A stretch of 64,000 bases of DNA from Curvularia clavata (lineage: Eukaryota): the NCBI GenBank assembly GCA_023920165.1, contig CP089274.1, positions 2,108,001-2,172,000 on the forward strand. Reading direction: 5' to 3'. The position numbers and the translations under genes were made by a program. Position 1 is the stretch's first letter, and each line of letters starts with the position of its first letter. Of this stretch, positions 37,074 to 50,073 are shown piece by piece. Under the pieces are notes generated by a model. That model did not search any database and was not told the origin of the DNA. It saw only the letters and a program-made list of their open reading frames with translations.

Positions 37074-37659
37074 TTTTGTAAATAGAAGGGATGATTTTTG
37101 AATTTGTAAAGAATTGGTTTAGAAGCTCATAGATTGGTCAATGTCTAAATATTGCAAAACTCTCTAGGTGCTTTGGGGTCTGCTTTTTTATCGACATGAA
37201 GATGAATCGCTAGTACAGAAATGTATGAGGGGAGTGAGTAGTAAGACCTAAGGCTCATTATATGCTAGCAGAAATCGGGAAAATATCCGAGGTATATAGT
37301 AAGAGCGATTCTAGACTGTTCGGATTGCTTACGCTTGTGCCAGCAACGGAACCTTTCCAGGCCTATGAATATCAAAGCCAAGGGATTCTAACCTGAATGA
37401 ACATTTCCAATAACTAAATTGAACCGTTGTTGAGGTTATCTGCCATGGATTGTACAGGCACACGATCGGGCATAACGACATACAACAGATTTCAGGTTGT
37501 AGCTATTTGAACCATGTCCAGAAAGCAGAGCATAATTTAAGTGCACGGCGCTATACCCGAGTGGGCATAGACCCGACAGTGCCATAATGCAAACTCCAGG
37601 CTGCCGTTCCTTAGCTTCTAACACAGCACAACAACATAGATTATTTTAGTCGCTCCAGC

Positions 37660-38005
37660 ATGTCTGAACAAGCGCAGTTAAATTTGCAGGGGCCTTCAGA
37701 GAAGTCTATGCCTTTAGCCGGCCAAGCACTGCCAGGCCCTATTGTGGGTTCACGGGAGCCAGACCGCATGGTGTACAAGGATAACGAAGGAGTCGAACAC
37801 AGCATCCGCATACCCCTCGGACAGTTCCAAATAGCTTGTCACTATTTAACCAGCGAAGATTGGGACGCTCTCGGGCAATTCCCTCAATGGAGTAAGTAGC
37901 ATTACTACTTGTGTTGGCTGTGCTAACATGATCCGTACAGCCGAGATATCGGAGCAGTCTCAAGCGGAAAGCAGCGTGAGTAAGGTCAATAGTGAAACAA
38001 AATAA
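37660..38005 (+). CDS. Small hypothetical protein, 98 aa; exons 37660-37891, 37941-38005
   Basis: ATG ORF with a globular-looking core (MVYKDNEGVEHSIRIPLGQFQIACHYLTSEDWDALGQFPQW) and a canonical intron GTAAGT...GCTAAC...CAG. Confidence 0.6.
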
Positions 38006-38969
38006 GGTACATCTCATGAGCCTCTAGCGGGTCATTAGATATGATATGGAATGTAGGCTTGAGCGAAGGGGTTGGGGTGAAAGACTTAAGAAGTATCCCA
38101 CCAGCCTACGTTGAAGTTATAAGAACGTCGTTTGCCGCTCTTACACAATTATTCGTCTCCACCATCTTTACACGCCCGCGCATTTCCGCACCCTCATTGA
38201 AATACGTAGTTGATCAGTACACTTGTTGTTATAGCATGTCTTGCTACAGTATGCTGCGCCGTCGCCCTCAGTCTCTGGAAGAATAATAGATATAGAGGAT
38301 CTAACGTAATGCGTAATGTTTGGCCTGTAACCCGCTGATGGGGCATGGCCTCAGTCTCTAGCCTGTTAGTGCACGTGTGCAAACCGAATAGCTATTAACG
38401 CAGGTCCGCCCTTAGGTACTTTAAGTGAAGGGCTATTTTAGTATTCGAAAGGGGCAAACGTAGCACTCTGTTTCAAACTCCTGAGATTTCTTCCTATTAG
38501 TACTATGTAGTATTAGAGAAATATCACCGTAGGGCAGATGTTACAAGCTGTCAAGAAAGAGGTTTAATACGACGAACTACAAGTATATGTCAATCTATTT
38601 TGTGAGTATATTTATACCTTCGGGCTGGCTGGCGCAACACAGGGGTGAGCTTCTGTTGAGTAGTAAGGTCAATCCTGGGCTTTCCTTTGGTGTTGTCAAA
38701 TTAAATACAACTGTGTGCCAATGTTTTGCAGGAATATCGAGAAATCCTGGCGTTAGATGATCTGGGTAGTTGCAGGATGAGTCACAATGAGTTAGAGTGA
38801 TCAACATCGTTCCGTGCGCAATCCTTCGACCCCTTAATGCGCTAACGCTCAACGCTTCCTTCGCCTACTATTCTTTGGTCTGCCACCCCTAATTTATAGT
38901 ATCGCGCAACTTCAGACTATGTAACAATGTGAGTACATTTTTTTGTTTCCAAGCGCACCTTTGATTGCC

Positions 38970-41900
38970 ATGTCTTTGCAAGACGCGCCTCCGACGGCAT
39001 CTAGCAACGCCAATCTTGAGCAAAACCTGTCTACAATACCCAAAGGCGAGAACGCGAAAAAGACAAAGAATGAACAAAAAGACAAGGGCCCTTTACACTA
39101 TTTTTTTTTCGTGTTCATTGGCAATACTAGACTACCCTGGACCACACCTTGCGACTTGTCGGCTTTGCAATTGCCATCGGCTCGGGTGTTCTGCCTCCCC
39201 TGATGACGCTCATCTTTGGCTCCTCTGTGAACTACTTCAACGACTTTGAAGAGGGTCGCAGAAGTGGAGATGATTTATACGACAAAATGACAGCAAACGC
39301 GCTATGGCTGGTGCATCTCTTCATCGGGCGCTTGGTATTGGTATATGTGCATTCAACCTGCTTTAGCATTGTTGGAATACGTATAACAAGCGCTTTCCGA
39401 CTCGAATTTGTTCGGTCTTTAGTGCGGCAGGATGTATCGTACATCGATTCTTGTTCTTCTGGGACGGTTTCTTCCACGATTGCAAATAACGCCGACATGG
39501 TGGAGAACAGCAGCACGGAAAAGGTCGGTAACTTGGTCCAGAACCTGTCCATGTTTATCGCTGCGTTTGTTGTCGCTTTTACCCAGCAATGGAAGCTCAC
39601 ATTTGTAACGGCTACGACCTTACCCGCCCTGTTTACTGGGTATGCGATAACCTTCGGCCTCGACGCCAAAATAGATGCCGAAATTATGGGGATATAGAAC
39701 CAAGCGGCAGGGCTAGTACACGAGGCGCTCGGGTCGGTCCGCATCGTAACCGCTTTCGATGCTAGCGCTAAGTTAGGTCGCAAATACGATGCACCTCTAG
39801 CTAAAGCGCAGGCCCTTGGATTTCGCAAAGGACCTGTGATTGGTGGTCAATGGAGTGTGGAGTTCTTCACCACTTACTGTGCTTACGCCTTGGCTTGGTA
39901 TTACGGAATCAAAATTCTGAACAGAGGCGAGGCTGGAGAGGGCGGGCAGATAATCACGGTTTTGCTCGCAGTCCTCTTAGGAACTACTGCGGCGTCCAAC
40001 ATGCCCCCTGGTTTCGGAGATTTCGCAAAAGGCTCTTCAGCTGCCCAAGAAATGTTCAAAATCATCGACCGCGAGTCGGAAATAGATTCCTTGGACGACT
40101 CTGGAAAACAACCACCTGAGTGTGAAGGCTCAATCGAACTGCGTAATGTCAGCTTTGCATATCCATCATGGCCCTCAGAACAAGTCTTACGGAATTTCAG
40201 TCTGACATTCGAGCTGAGAAAGGTAACCGCTCTCGTAGGTTCATCCGGAAGTGGCAAGAGTACTATAGTTGGGTTGATCGAGCGCTGGTTTGACCCAAAT
40301 GGTGACAGCATTTATTTAGATGGTCACAACATTGCGGAATTGAACCTAGGCTGGCTACGAGGTCAAATCGGTTTAGTTCAGCAGGAGCCTGTACTTTGCA
40401 GCGACACGATATACACCAATGTCGCCCATGGCATTTACAGGACGCCAATGGAAAAGCTACCAGAACCCGAAAAACGCGAGCTCGTTCGGCAAGCATGCCT
40501 TCAGGCATTTGCAGACGAATTCATTCAGGAGCTACCGCAAAATTACGATACCAAAGTAGGAGAAAGTGGCACGTTGCTCAGCGGAGGCCAAAAGCAACGA
40601 GTTGCTATAGCCCGCAGCATCATCTCTGATCCACAAATCCTTCTCCTTGACTAGGCCACGTCAGCGCTAGACCCTGAAGCGGAGAGAAAAGTACAAGCCT
40701 CTTTGGACAATGTATCTAAGAAGCGAACAACGATTCTGATTGCTCATAAGCTTGCTACCGTTCAGAAGGCTGACAAGATTATTGTGCTGAGTCGGGGGCA
40801 GGTCGTTGAACAGGGCACCCATAGCCAACTGCTTGACCAACGGGGCGCATACTACGAGCTTGTAAATACACAAACGTTAGATACCGGCTTCAGCAGCTCC
40901 CCAACACCTTTGACTACTACAATTTCGGCGGCATCCGTCAGAGAAAAGCCACCTTCGCCAGAAATAGACAAGTCTGGGCGATCTTCAGTTGAACAAAATA
41001 ACGACGAGGAAGACATCAAAACTGAAGATGAGGACCAGGATATCTCCCGAAAGTATTCCTTGGTAAAAGTTGTTTGTACAATCTTCAAACAACAACGAGC
41101 AGCCTGGCCACTCTTCTTCTTCGGCATAGTCTCTTCCACCATCGGCGGCGGCATGTTTCCCGGCCAAGCTGTCCTCTTTGGTTACAGTATACCGACGCTC
41201 CAAATACCGCCTAGCGACTACCTAGTCAGCCGAGGGAGTTTCTGGGCATTGATGTACTTTGTCTTCAGTCTCGGTATCCTTGTCTGCTACCTTGGCGTCG
41301 GTTTCTCTTGGACTATGGCGTCCAGTCATGCTTCACCGTTTTACCGGCGCGAGTATCTCAACGCCATGTTGCTTCAGGATGTAGCTTTCTTCGATGTCCG
41401 AGGGCATGGGGCTACGGAAATGACAAGTCGGCTCTCCCTGCACCCCGAGGCGATCAGGAACATGGTCAACACCAATATGGCTCTGATTATCATCATTTTT
41501 GTCGACGTCATCTCTACTTCTGTATTAGCCATAGCGGTTGCTTGGAAGTTCGGTCTGGTCGTTGTAGTCGCAGGCATGCCTACACTTTTCTGTGCGGGAT
41601 ATTTTCGCTTGCGCCTCGAGATGGCGAACCACGACCGTTTGAAGGATATGTATCTGGAATGTGCCCGCTTCGCGTCCGAAGCTGTGAGATCAATTCGCAC
41701 GGTTTCTAGCTTGACGCTGGAACAGAAGGTGTTAGATTCCTTCTGGTCGCGCCTTGATGAGTGCTCGCGGCGAGAATTACGCAGCAAGATGGTGACCATG
41801 CTGGTCCATGCCTTTGCTGAAAGCGTTAATCTTGCTGTGACCAGCTTAGCCTTCTGGTATGGAGGAAAGCTGTTATCGCAAGGTGAATACGCACTGCGCG

Positions 41901-42852
41901 ATTTCTTCATCGCGTTCATGGCTGTTCTCATAGGCTCGCAGACTGCAGGTATTCTTTTCGGATACTCTCCTGATGTCTCAAAAGCACATGCGGCCGCGAA
42001 CCACATAATCGCTCTACAAGAGTCTAGGCCCCCAATTAATACCTCAACTGGTAGTAAAATAACCATGACAGGGTCTGAGAAGACTCCATTGATTGAATTC
42101 CGCGACATCACCTTTGTATACCCAAGCAGACCAAACCACAACGTTCTAAAGGGCTTGAGTCTCAGCGTACAAAAAGGACAATCCATCGGCATAGCAGGTG
42201 CTTCCGGCTGTGGCAAGAGCACCATAATCGCCCTGTTAGAGCGATTCTAAGACGTAACCTCAGGCCAGCTTCTCATCGGAGGCACACCACTCTCAGAGCT
42301 CGACGTACACCATCATCGTTCCAACATCGGCTTGGTGTCCCAGGTACTATGCTTTTCCAGGGCACCATACAAGAGAACATCCTCCTCGGTCTTCACGACA
42401 ACGACCAAGACGAAACCAGCGCCAATGCACGCGTAGAACGGACTTGTAGATCAGCAAATATGCACGATTTCATCCTTAGTCTTCCCGAGGGCTACTCCAC
42501 TGATATCGGAAATCGCGGCGTAGCACTCAGCGGTGGGCAACGCCAGCGTCTCGCTATTGCACGGGCGCTGATTCGCGAGCCAGATCTCTTGTTATTTGAT
42601 GAAGCGACCAGTGCATTGGATACGGCGAACGAGGCAATGGTGCAGCAGGCTATCGAGTCGGTTGCCAGAGAAAAGCCAGGGAGAACTACAATCGCGGTTG
42701 CGCATCGGCTGTCGACGATAAAAAGGTGTGACCGTATCTTCGTACTGCATGATGGGCTGGTAGACGAGCAGGGGACGCACGATGAGCCTGTTGCGATGAG
42801 AGGCAGGTATTACGCTATGGTTTTGGCGCAGTCGCTGGATAGAGAGACTTGA
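38970..42852 (+). pseudogene. Full-length ABCB/MDR-type ABC transporter pseudogene (TMD-NBD-TMD-NBD), intronless
   Basis: Walker A GSSGSGKST and GASGCGKST, signatures LSGGQKQR and LSGGQRQR. Lesions: frameshift at the T9 run 39101-39109, TAG 39128, TAG 39695, TAG 40652 (Walker B LLLD*ATSALD), TAA 42248, and a 1-nt deletion near 42345. Confidence 0.92.
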
Positions 42853-43195
42853 TGGTTTCGGTCATTGTTCTTAGTTTGGGGGTGTGGTTTTTGTAGTTGA
42901 CGTACAGTGCCGCTGAGCGATTTACAATCATACCCACTCACGTTTCAGGTAGAATTCAGCTTTGCGAAACTTCGATCGTTGCAATCGAAATCGTTTTCCA
43001 AGCGTTCAGATCTGCAATATTGAGGACGCACGTGCCTTTGTATCGATTGAGAATCAAGCCTTGAGCATAGAATGACATTGATTACTATACTATGCTTCAG
43101 ACTTTTTCGTATATACTGACATTATAGGTATCATAAAATTCCGTGAAAGGAGAATGAAGAAAACAAAAAGGTAGGAAAGGGAAGCGCACGAGTCA

Positions 43196-46100
43196 TCAAG
43201 GGCGCAGCCTCCCACCGTTGTACTTAAACAGCTGCTCTAAGCACACGGCAGCGGCCACATACTTCCAGCTCTGGAGCCTGCGGTAGTTCTCCCAGCCCTC
43301 CACTTCCAGCGCCACCATGAAGCATGCAATAGCCCGCGGCAAAGCCTCTGCGGCGTCACTGTCGCTGTCCCAGTCCTTGTCGCCTACGAGAATGTTCTGG
43401 ATGAATCCGCTGACATCGCGATTGAAGCGCTCCTGGACCTCGAGATTGGCTTCGCGGATGTAGCGTGAAGGTGCGCGCTCCTTCTTGCCGAGAATGTTGC
43501 CGCTGAAGACTTCAAGTTCAGTCAAGGGCGCGCCGCGCGTAGGACGTAGAGTATCCATAATCTCGAACATGTTGTCTTCGTACGTCTCACGCAAGTGCTC
43601 CGCAAAATCCCAGTGATGCTCCCATTGCAAGCCTTTCGTCTCGCGAAGGATGTAGTGTTTGAGTGTTTCGGCGAGCGTCTCGCCCTTCCAGGACCGCTGA
43701 AAGTCTTGAAAGTCGCTGTTCATCTTGTCCCAAAACTTTTTTTCGTCAATGGCACGGTACAACTTCCCTAAAATCTTTGGACTGCGGTAGTACCGGTTTC
43801 GTGGTTTGTCGGCATCGAGCACACTGACACCGTCAGGGTCGTCAATGTCGTCTTCTTCGAGTTCTGCTAACTTTGCTGCACCTCGCTCGTCCACGACCAG
43901 GTCGGATCCGGGCGCCATGAAATCAGGTCGAATGTGGTCCATACCTTTTGGTATCTGTGTCATATCCGCTGAAACTCCAGTTTTGCTGAAATCAACAGCA
44001 TCTGAGGCCAACTTTGCTAGGAGCAGACACTCGGGGTCTTTCGTACCCAGAGGCTTGACGTCGGCTCGGATTTTGTGCTTATTAGCAATCTGGCCAAGGC
44101 GATCCATTTGCATGTATTCGATGAAGAAGTCAACAATATCATTGGCCTCCACAGGACGACCGAGATCCCTGACAGGCACCTTTTCGTACTCTGCTGGTGC
44201 CACGGTGAAGTCAGGAACAAGGCGTTCATCGAAGATGATGTGAAACAAGTCGCCATCGAGATCACCTCCACTCAGCTGTGATGGTAGATCACGCGGCCCC
44301 TGCTGAGAGAATACGACACAATTTTGAAGCCCTCGAAGGGGCGAGTCCTCTGGGACATTTACTGCAGTCACTAATTGGACGTCGCCGGGGTGCAGTGCTG
44401 GAGCCCGGGTGATAACGACTCGATCACCGAGGAGTATGTGTCTCTTCAGCTTACCACTCCTATCATGCTCCTTTGTTGGGATGTAAACTTCACCATGCCG
44501 TAGGGTATTTGTCTCGTCCATAATACCATACAAAAGATAGCCTTTCTCAACCGGAATTCGGGCGCGGTACTTGAGACTTCTCAGGTTCGTCATAGCTGCT
44601 ACTGCTACAATGTCGGTCAAGAAACGATCAGCATGGAAGGGCAAACCAATATGGTGCATCAGCTCGAACAGCCGTGGCATCTTGGCAGAGACACAGGAGT
44701 TTGAATATTCTGGATGATGTCAGTACTGTTGAAATACTCGCCAGCTGAAATTACTTACCCAGGAAGCTGGCTGCATTCAGTGGATGCTCGGTGATACGCT
44801 TGAGGGTGTTGACGGCCTCATCCTGCACCGCCTGAAAATTCCTATCTGGAACACCCAGATCTTCGAGGATTTTGATAAATTGATGGTTGAGGAATACCGA
44901 AAGAGGCTTATAGGCGGCCCCGCAAAGTTCCAAGTCTCTCCAGGTCTCTTTGGCGATGTATTTTGTCATGCTTTTTCGGACATGTAATTGTTCACCCGAT
45001 AGAGCAGTATCCAGTGACAGAACTCCTTTGGCGCCTCGGTATCGAATCTGCAAGACGGTTGGTCTCTGTTGCCTTCGCTCTGGCGGAAGAGCACGCCACA
45101 CTCTACGAAGAAGATCTAACGACAGGGTTCCGCAGCCATCACTGAACGTGCGACCGTTTCTCTCGACGTCTTCCTTGGTCTCCGTAACATAAGCAGTTTC
45201 CGGAATTGGTACTGAGAAGATCGTGTCGGAAAAGGCTTGTCCGATTCTTGCTGCGCACTTCGCACTGCACTGGATATGCGTGAAGTCCCCAAGATCTTGT
45301 ATGACGTCCCGCGCGAAGATCATAGATCCGTTCATGATAAAAGGTGCCATGAACCAAGCCTGGTGACTGCGGAGCGAAGCATGAGAAAAACCGAGAAATT
45401 GAAAGCTACGCCCAGCCACTTGGATACCGTTGCGAAGAATTCGACGAAAACGTTCGTAAACTTGTCCCTGAGAAGCTCTGGGGTCATAAAATACTGAGAG
45501 TCCGTCTTCATCAGCAAAGAAGACCCTCATGAAGTTTTCGGTATGTGCACGGTATTTTCGAAGGACGCGGTTGGACACATCCCAGTCCGGACCTCGGAGC
45601 AATATACCTGTACCGCAGCGTCAATAAAGTGATGAAGCATCGCGCATATATAGCCACACATACCAGTGGGGGTTACAGTGGCTTTGTAGGTCAACGCAAG
45701 GTGGTGGTGCTTCCTCTGCTTCCCATTCAAATCCTGGGACACTGATTCCCGATATTGGCAATCATCGACGTTTTCTCTTACGAGTTTCACAAGACTATCC
45801 AATGTGAAAGTGGTCGATGCAAGCTGCGGAGCTGGCGTGGGTACTTGGTGTCCTAGTCGCCTCACTGCAGCTGCAGTCACCTTAGGGCCATGCTGCTTCG
45901 CAACTTTCTGAATCTCAGGTATGAGACCAATCATCTTCATTGGTGCAACAGTGCCCTCCAAAACGAGCGCTGAAAGTTGATAACGGACCGTAAAGTCAAA
46001 TGACAGCGGTATAGACGGGTTGTAGGCGGCAAGTTTGCGCTCAACGACCTCGTACTCATCTTCGATTCTGTAACCATCACCGACGAGATCCATTCGCTTC

Positions 46101-47182
46101 CAACAGTATTTTTCGGGGACCGAGTGGTCCCTGACGAAGTTCCAAGCATGCTGAGCACTGCTGGTGTCAGAGAAGGCAATTTGATATACCATACACAAAG
46201 CTGAGTTCATGCCGTTCTTGTTGTTGAGCGCGCACAGTCTTTCTAGTCGCGTCTTCGTCCGCTTCGGACCCAAGCTGAGACTGGCAAAGTCCGGAAGACT
46301 CGTTGCCGTCTGTGGGGCCTTCTTGCCAGCGTACAAATACAGATCGTCGGTGGACTCGATACTGTAGAACTTTGGGGGCGACTTTAGAGTGAAAGTGATG
46401 GTTCCATTTCTCCCTTGTTTCTCGGTGTTAAAGGATGGCATAGCGTGTTCGATGATCGCGTAGGGTATGTCAATCCTACAATGCCAATTGTAAGATTCGT
46501 CCATACACTCTTGCAGATATATCTGGTCAGTTGAGTGAGTAGCTTGGCTCAAAGATATGAAAAAAAAAACCTACCACCAAGGATGATTTCCCAAACGTGA
46601 CGTAGCCTTGCCTCCTATCCTTGTATTTTTCTTGGAATGAAAGCGCTCCTAGAATACTGTAATCCCATACACCTGTCATGAGGGCTGAGAATGAGAGCGT
46701 TGATCGATCAGCTTGCGAGGTCTGGACTGCCGGCGCTTGGCTTCCCATTTTCGACCTCATTGCTGCATCTTTCTCTTGTAACGATCTGACCTTGAGTGGA
46801 TCAGGTTGCCCAGGTTTGTTGCTCATCCGAAATGTGAGCGGATGGTCTTGAAACTTTAGAGTGGATAGAGGAACTTGTCTGCCACGACTGCCATATAATT
46901 GCAGGAATCTGTTCCCCATGGTGGTGCTCGGAACTGTGAGTATGGCAAATGAGTTTCCGTTTTGGCTGCGATATTTCCTGATCTCAAACACGAGGATGCC
47001 CAGTTTGAGCAATGTTTCTTTCAGGGAAATCTGCAACTCGATATGATTTGCACTCTGTGGCACCTGGTAACGCGGAATTAGTTCATATGTACAAGTGTTG
47101 CTGATCAGGCTTCAAATCATAAACAACGACTAAAATAGACCGACTGCGCGAATCAACTTACACTCGGAATGTGGATGTCCAT
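43196..47182 (-). CDS. Cellular RNA-dependent RNA polymerase (RNAi), probably RRP-3-like clade; 5 exons
   Basis: SNRVLRKY, FLGFSHASLR, KCAARIGQAFS, FSDGCG, QIRYRGAKG, RAPALHPGD, catalytic QLSGGDLDGD, AVDFSKTG. Short first exon MDIHIPS (47182-47162) and four GT-AG introns. Confidence 0.94.
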
Positions 47183-47825
47183 GGCGATCACACACGTCTT
47201 CCCAATGCCGAGAGAGGTGAAAGTGAGAAGAAAAGTAAGTAAGGCTGAAGCGTCGTCGTTGATGAGTGTAGTCGCAGAGTGGGGACTAGCGCTGGATGCG
47301 CGGTCTCACGTGCGGGGTTTCAGCCTTCCGTTGGTCGGTGAAGTATGAGTATTGTGTAACAACAGATTTGCAGTGACGAGACGACAGCTTCTGTGTCCAA
47401 AGGCAAAGTTAGTAGTGTTATGGAGTGTTTGTCGACTGCCAGGGTGGCAGTGTACATAAGACAGGGGAGCAAACATGCAAACAGCCATTTGTAGCGACCA
47501 TCAGTCCCTATTAGTCCTTTAGTGGGAGAATGCGGCGTGGTCATAAGGCTCGGGCTGGACATGTCAGCCACTAGTCAGATAGAAAGCACGCCGATGCAGA
47601 CGACCCGGAGCCTTGCAGATGCCAAGATTTGTTGGGCTTCTTCACGTACAAGGTTGACGCCTTTGAATGGCATGGAGGGCCGCTGGAAGAAAAAAGTGTT
47701 TCATAAGGATACAAAGGAACATCACGAGGTCGGATTTCTGTTCTCATTCAGCAGCAGAGACCACTCTGCAGTCATTGGTAGGTATGGGTCCACAGCCTAG
47801 ATCAGGTCCTGGACTAGAAGTAGCA

Positions 47826-48633
47826 TTACTTCTTTTCCCCGTCCTTTCCGGGAGCCTCCCTCCTCTCCAGGATCTTGTCCACAAGACCAAAATCAACTGC
47901 CTCCTGTGCATCCATAAAGTAGTCGCGCTCCATGTACTTCTCAATCTCTTCGAGTGTCCGCTTCTTGGTGATATGGTTCTGGTAGATTTTGTTCAACTTG
48001 TCTCGTATCCTCAAGATTTCCTTCGCGTGGTCTGCAATATCGCTCGCCTTGCCCCGGTAGCCGCCGCTGGGTTGATGTATCATGACTCTTGCATGAGGCA
48101 GTATGTATCTTTGTCCTTCAGCACCACCGGCAAGAAGCAGCGAGCCCATTGATGCGGCAATGCCCATGCATATCGTGCTTACTGGACATCGGATATAGTT
48201 CATGGTATCGTAAATGGCCAGACCAGCGCTAACACTGCCACCAGGACTGTTTATGTACATGGATATGGGCTTTTCGGGGTTGTCGGCCTCGAGGAAGAGG
48301 AGTTGAGCGACAGCATTCGCAGACATGTAGTCGTCTACTTCGCCATTCAGACAGATTATACGTTCTTGGAGAAGACGCGAAAAGATATCCGAGGTTTTCC
48401 AGCCTCCACCCTAGCAAGTTAGTTATGAACAAGAAAAGAGTGCAAAGGGATCCTACTGTGGTCTCTGTCACGTAAGGTATGGGTAGGGAGATGGCGCGTG
48501 GGGTTTGTTGCTCTGGCTGTTGCGTGTTCCATTGAGGCTGAAAGCCGAACTGACCCGACATAGACCGGATGCCATTCTTGCAGGTGGCTCGCAGCGCAGC
48601 TGGCCTGGCGACCCGCTGTAATAATGCCGCCAT
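47826..48633 (-). CDS. CLPP: Mitochondrial ATP-dependent Clp protease proteolytic subunit; intron 48411-48456
   Basis: [30 protein letters not shown] (Ser), MIHQP (His), MERDYF (Asp), Arg-rich presequence. Confidence 0.95.
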
Positions 48634-48771
48634 GGTTGTGTAATGCTGAGAGCGCTCGTGCTTCCCCGCAAGAAGGAAGCTACGGCGCGTGCCAAGCCGG
48701 AGGTCCGATGCAAGTTGCTCTACTGCCTACCAGAGCCTCATCAACTACGTCTTACCACTTCTCCCCGCCCG

Positions 48772-49990
48772 ATGCTAGGCAGATGGATCCTTCGCCCAGG
48801 GTCATGCTTGAACCTAGTCAAACAGCATTCAAAGGCCCAATGCCGTGCAAGCTCTGCTCATATCCCTGGGCGCATTTCAAAAGGCGACGACCTGGGCCCC
48901 ACTCGCAAAGATGATTACCAGTCTTTCCGCGTTCGCAAGGACAAGCAAGCCAGAGACCTTCCACTCCCTCCATTGCTAGACCCTCTGGTTTTGCAACAGA
49001 GGTCGCGCTTCGAGCAGAGAAAGGAAAGACCGAACGTAACCAATTTTACGCCATTTCAGAAGCAATTATGGGAGAATCCATTTGGTACGAGTCCCATTCT
49101 CTCTGCAATTGCTCTTCGCTGATAACTGGATAGCCCATGCTCTAGCATCACCTGTGCGTCAATGTCGTGCAACAATGGTTTCGCTCCCCGATGCTTTCCT
49201 GACGTCTCTTCATCCACGCCCTCACCCAACCACTCAAGACCCATGGCTTCTTCCAGTCTCCCTAACGACTGACACCAAACATCTCGGTCCACCACATAGA
49301 TTCCTGGGAAGGCATCTAGTTGCAACATACTTGGGCAAGAAGAAAGCATGGGAGAGGGCGCTCAATTCGCGCATGAGCGAAAAGCTCGGGGCGTTGAAGT
49401 TGAAGAACTTGGTTTGGCGAGAAGACATGCCCGAGTTTGTATTGGAGATGCTGCGTAAGAAGCTCTACAACCAGTTGAACTGGTATTTTGGATTTAGGGG
49501 TCGTCTAATCCCCGTTCCAAGCCCCCGCACTGAAGATATTGAGGACGTCGAAGACGTCTCCTGTGTACTGATTTTTCGCACGCTTCGCACGCGCGCCGAC
49601 GATCTTCAGGTTCAGTTGGACAGGAACAAATTGGAGCTGGAAAAGTGGTCAAATTATTTTGCCAAGAGCTTTCCATCCAAACTGGATCCCCACGCCGCTC
49701 CAGAAGTTACCCATACATCGCCACAATGGTACTCAGGGCCTCTAGTGCCTCGTCTGCAGCCGCGTTTGCAATTTCCTGAGCTTGAATTTCACACTACTAC
49801 ATGGCGAGGAAAGAAGGTAGCACTCTACAGCCTGACAGACTTGTTGGGAGACGAGAAGACACAAGCATTGGTGAAAGGAAGCAAATGTACAGACGCAAAA
49901 TGCGTGGTCCTGAAAAGGGGAAGACACAACGTACCGATTGAGATACTTCTCATGCAGGTTCAAGCGTACATTGCTCAGTCCGGGCCATAA
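48772..49990 (+). CDS. Hypothetical protein, probably mitochondrial; exons 48772-49084, 49134-49990
   Basis: Arg-rich, acid-poor N-terminus MLGRWILRPG. A 49-nt GT-AG intron joins two ORFs into ...LWENPF|AHALASPVRQC... The start codon is uncertain (the frame is open back to an ATG at 48643). Confidence 0.75.
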
Positions 49991-50073
49991 TTTGGTTCAT
50001 ATATATAGATCATAAAAAGTATCACCAGGACCCCTGACCGTAAAATGATATGAGATGTAATTGATATTATGTA

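Noticed and set aside
35000..38900. RIP-degraded transposon in the AT-richer island
   Set aside because: No terminal repeats, target-site duplications or transposase/RT remnants were visible, and the AT enrichment is only moderate.
38970..42852. Programmed read-through, RNA editing or introns as explanations for the ABC gene stops
   Set aside because: Four stops plus two frameshifts. A-to-I editing of TAG would give Trp, not the required Glu or Tyr. The only GT...AG around the 42345 frameshift is 17 nt, too short for an intron.
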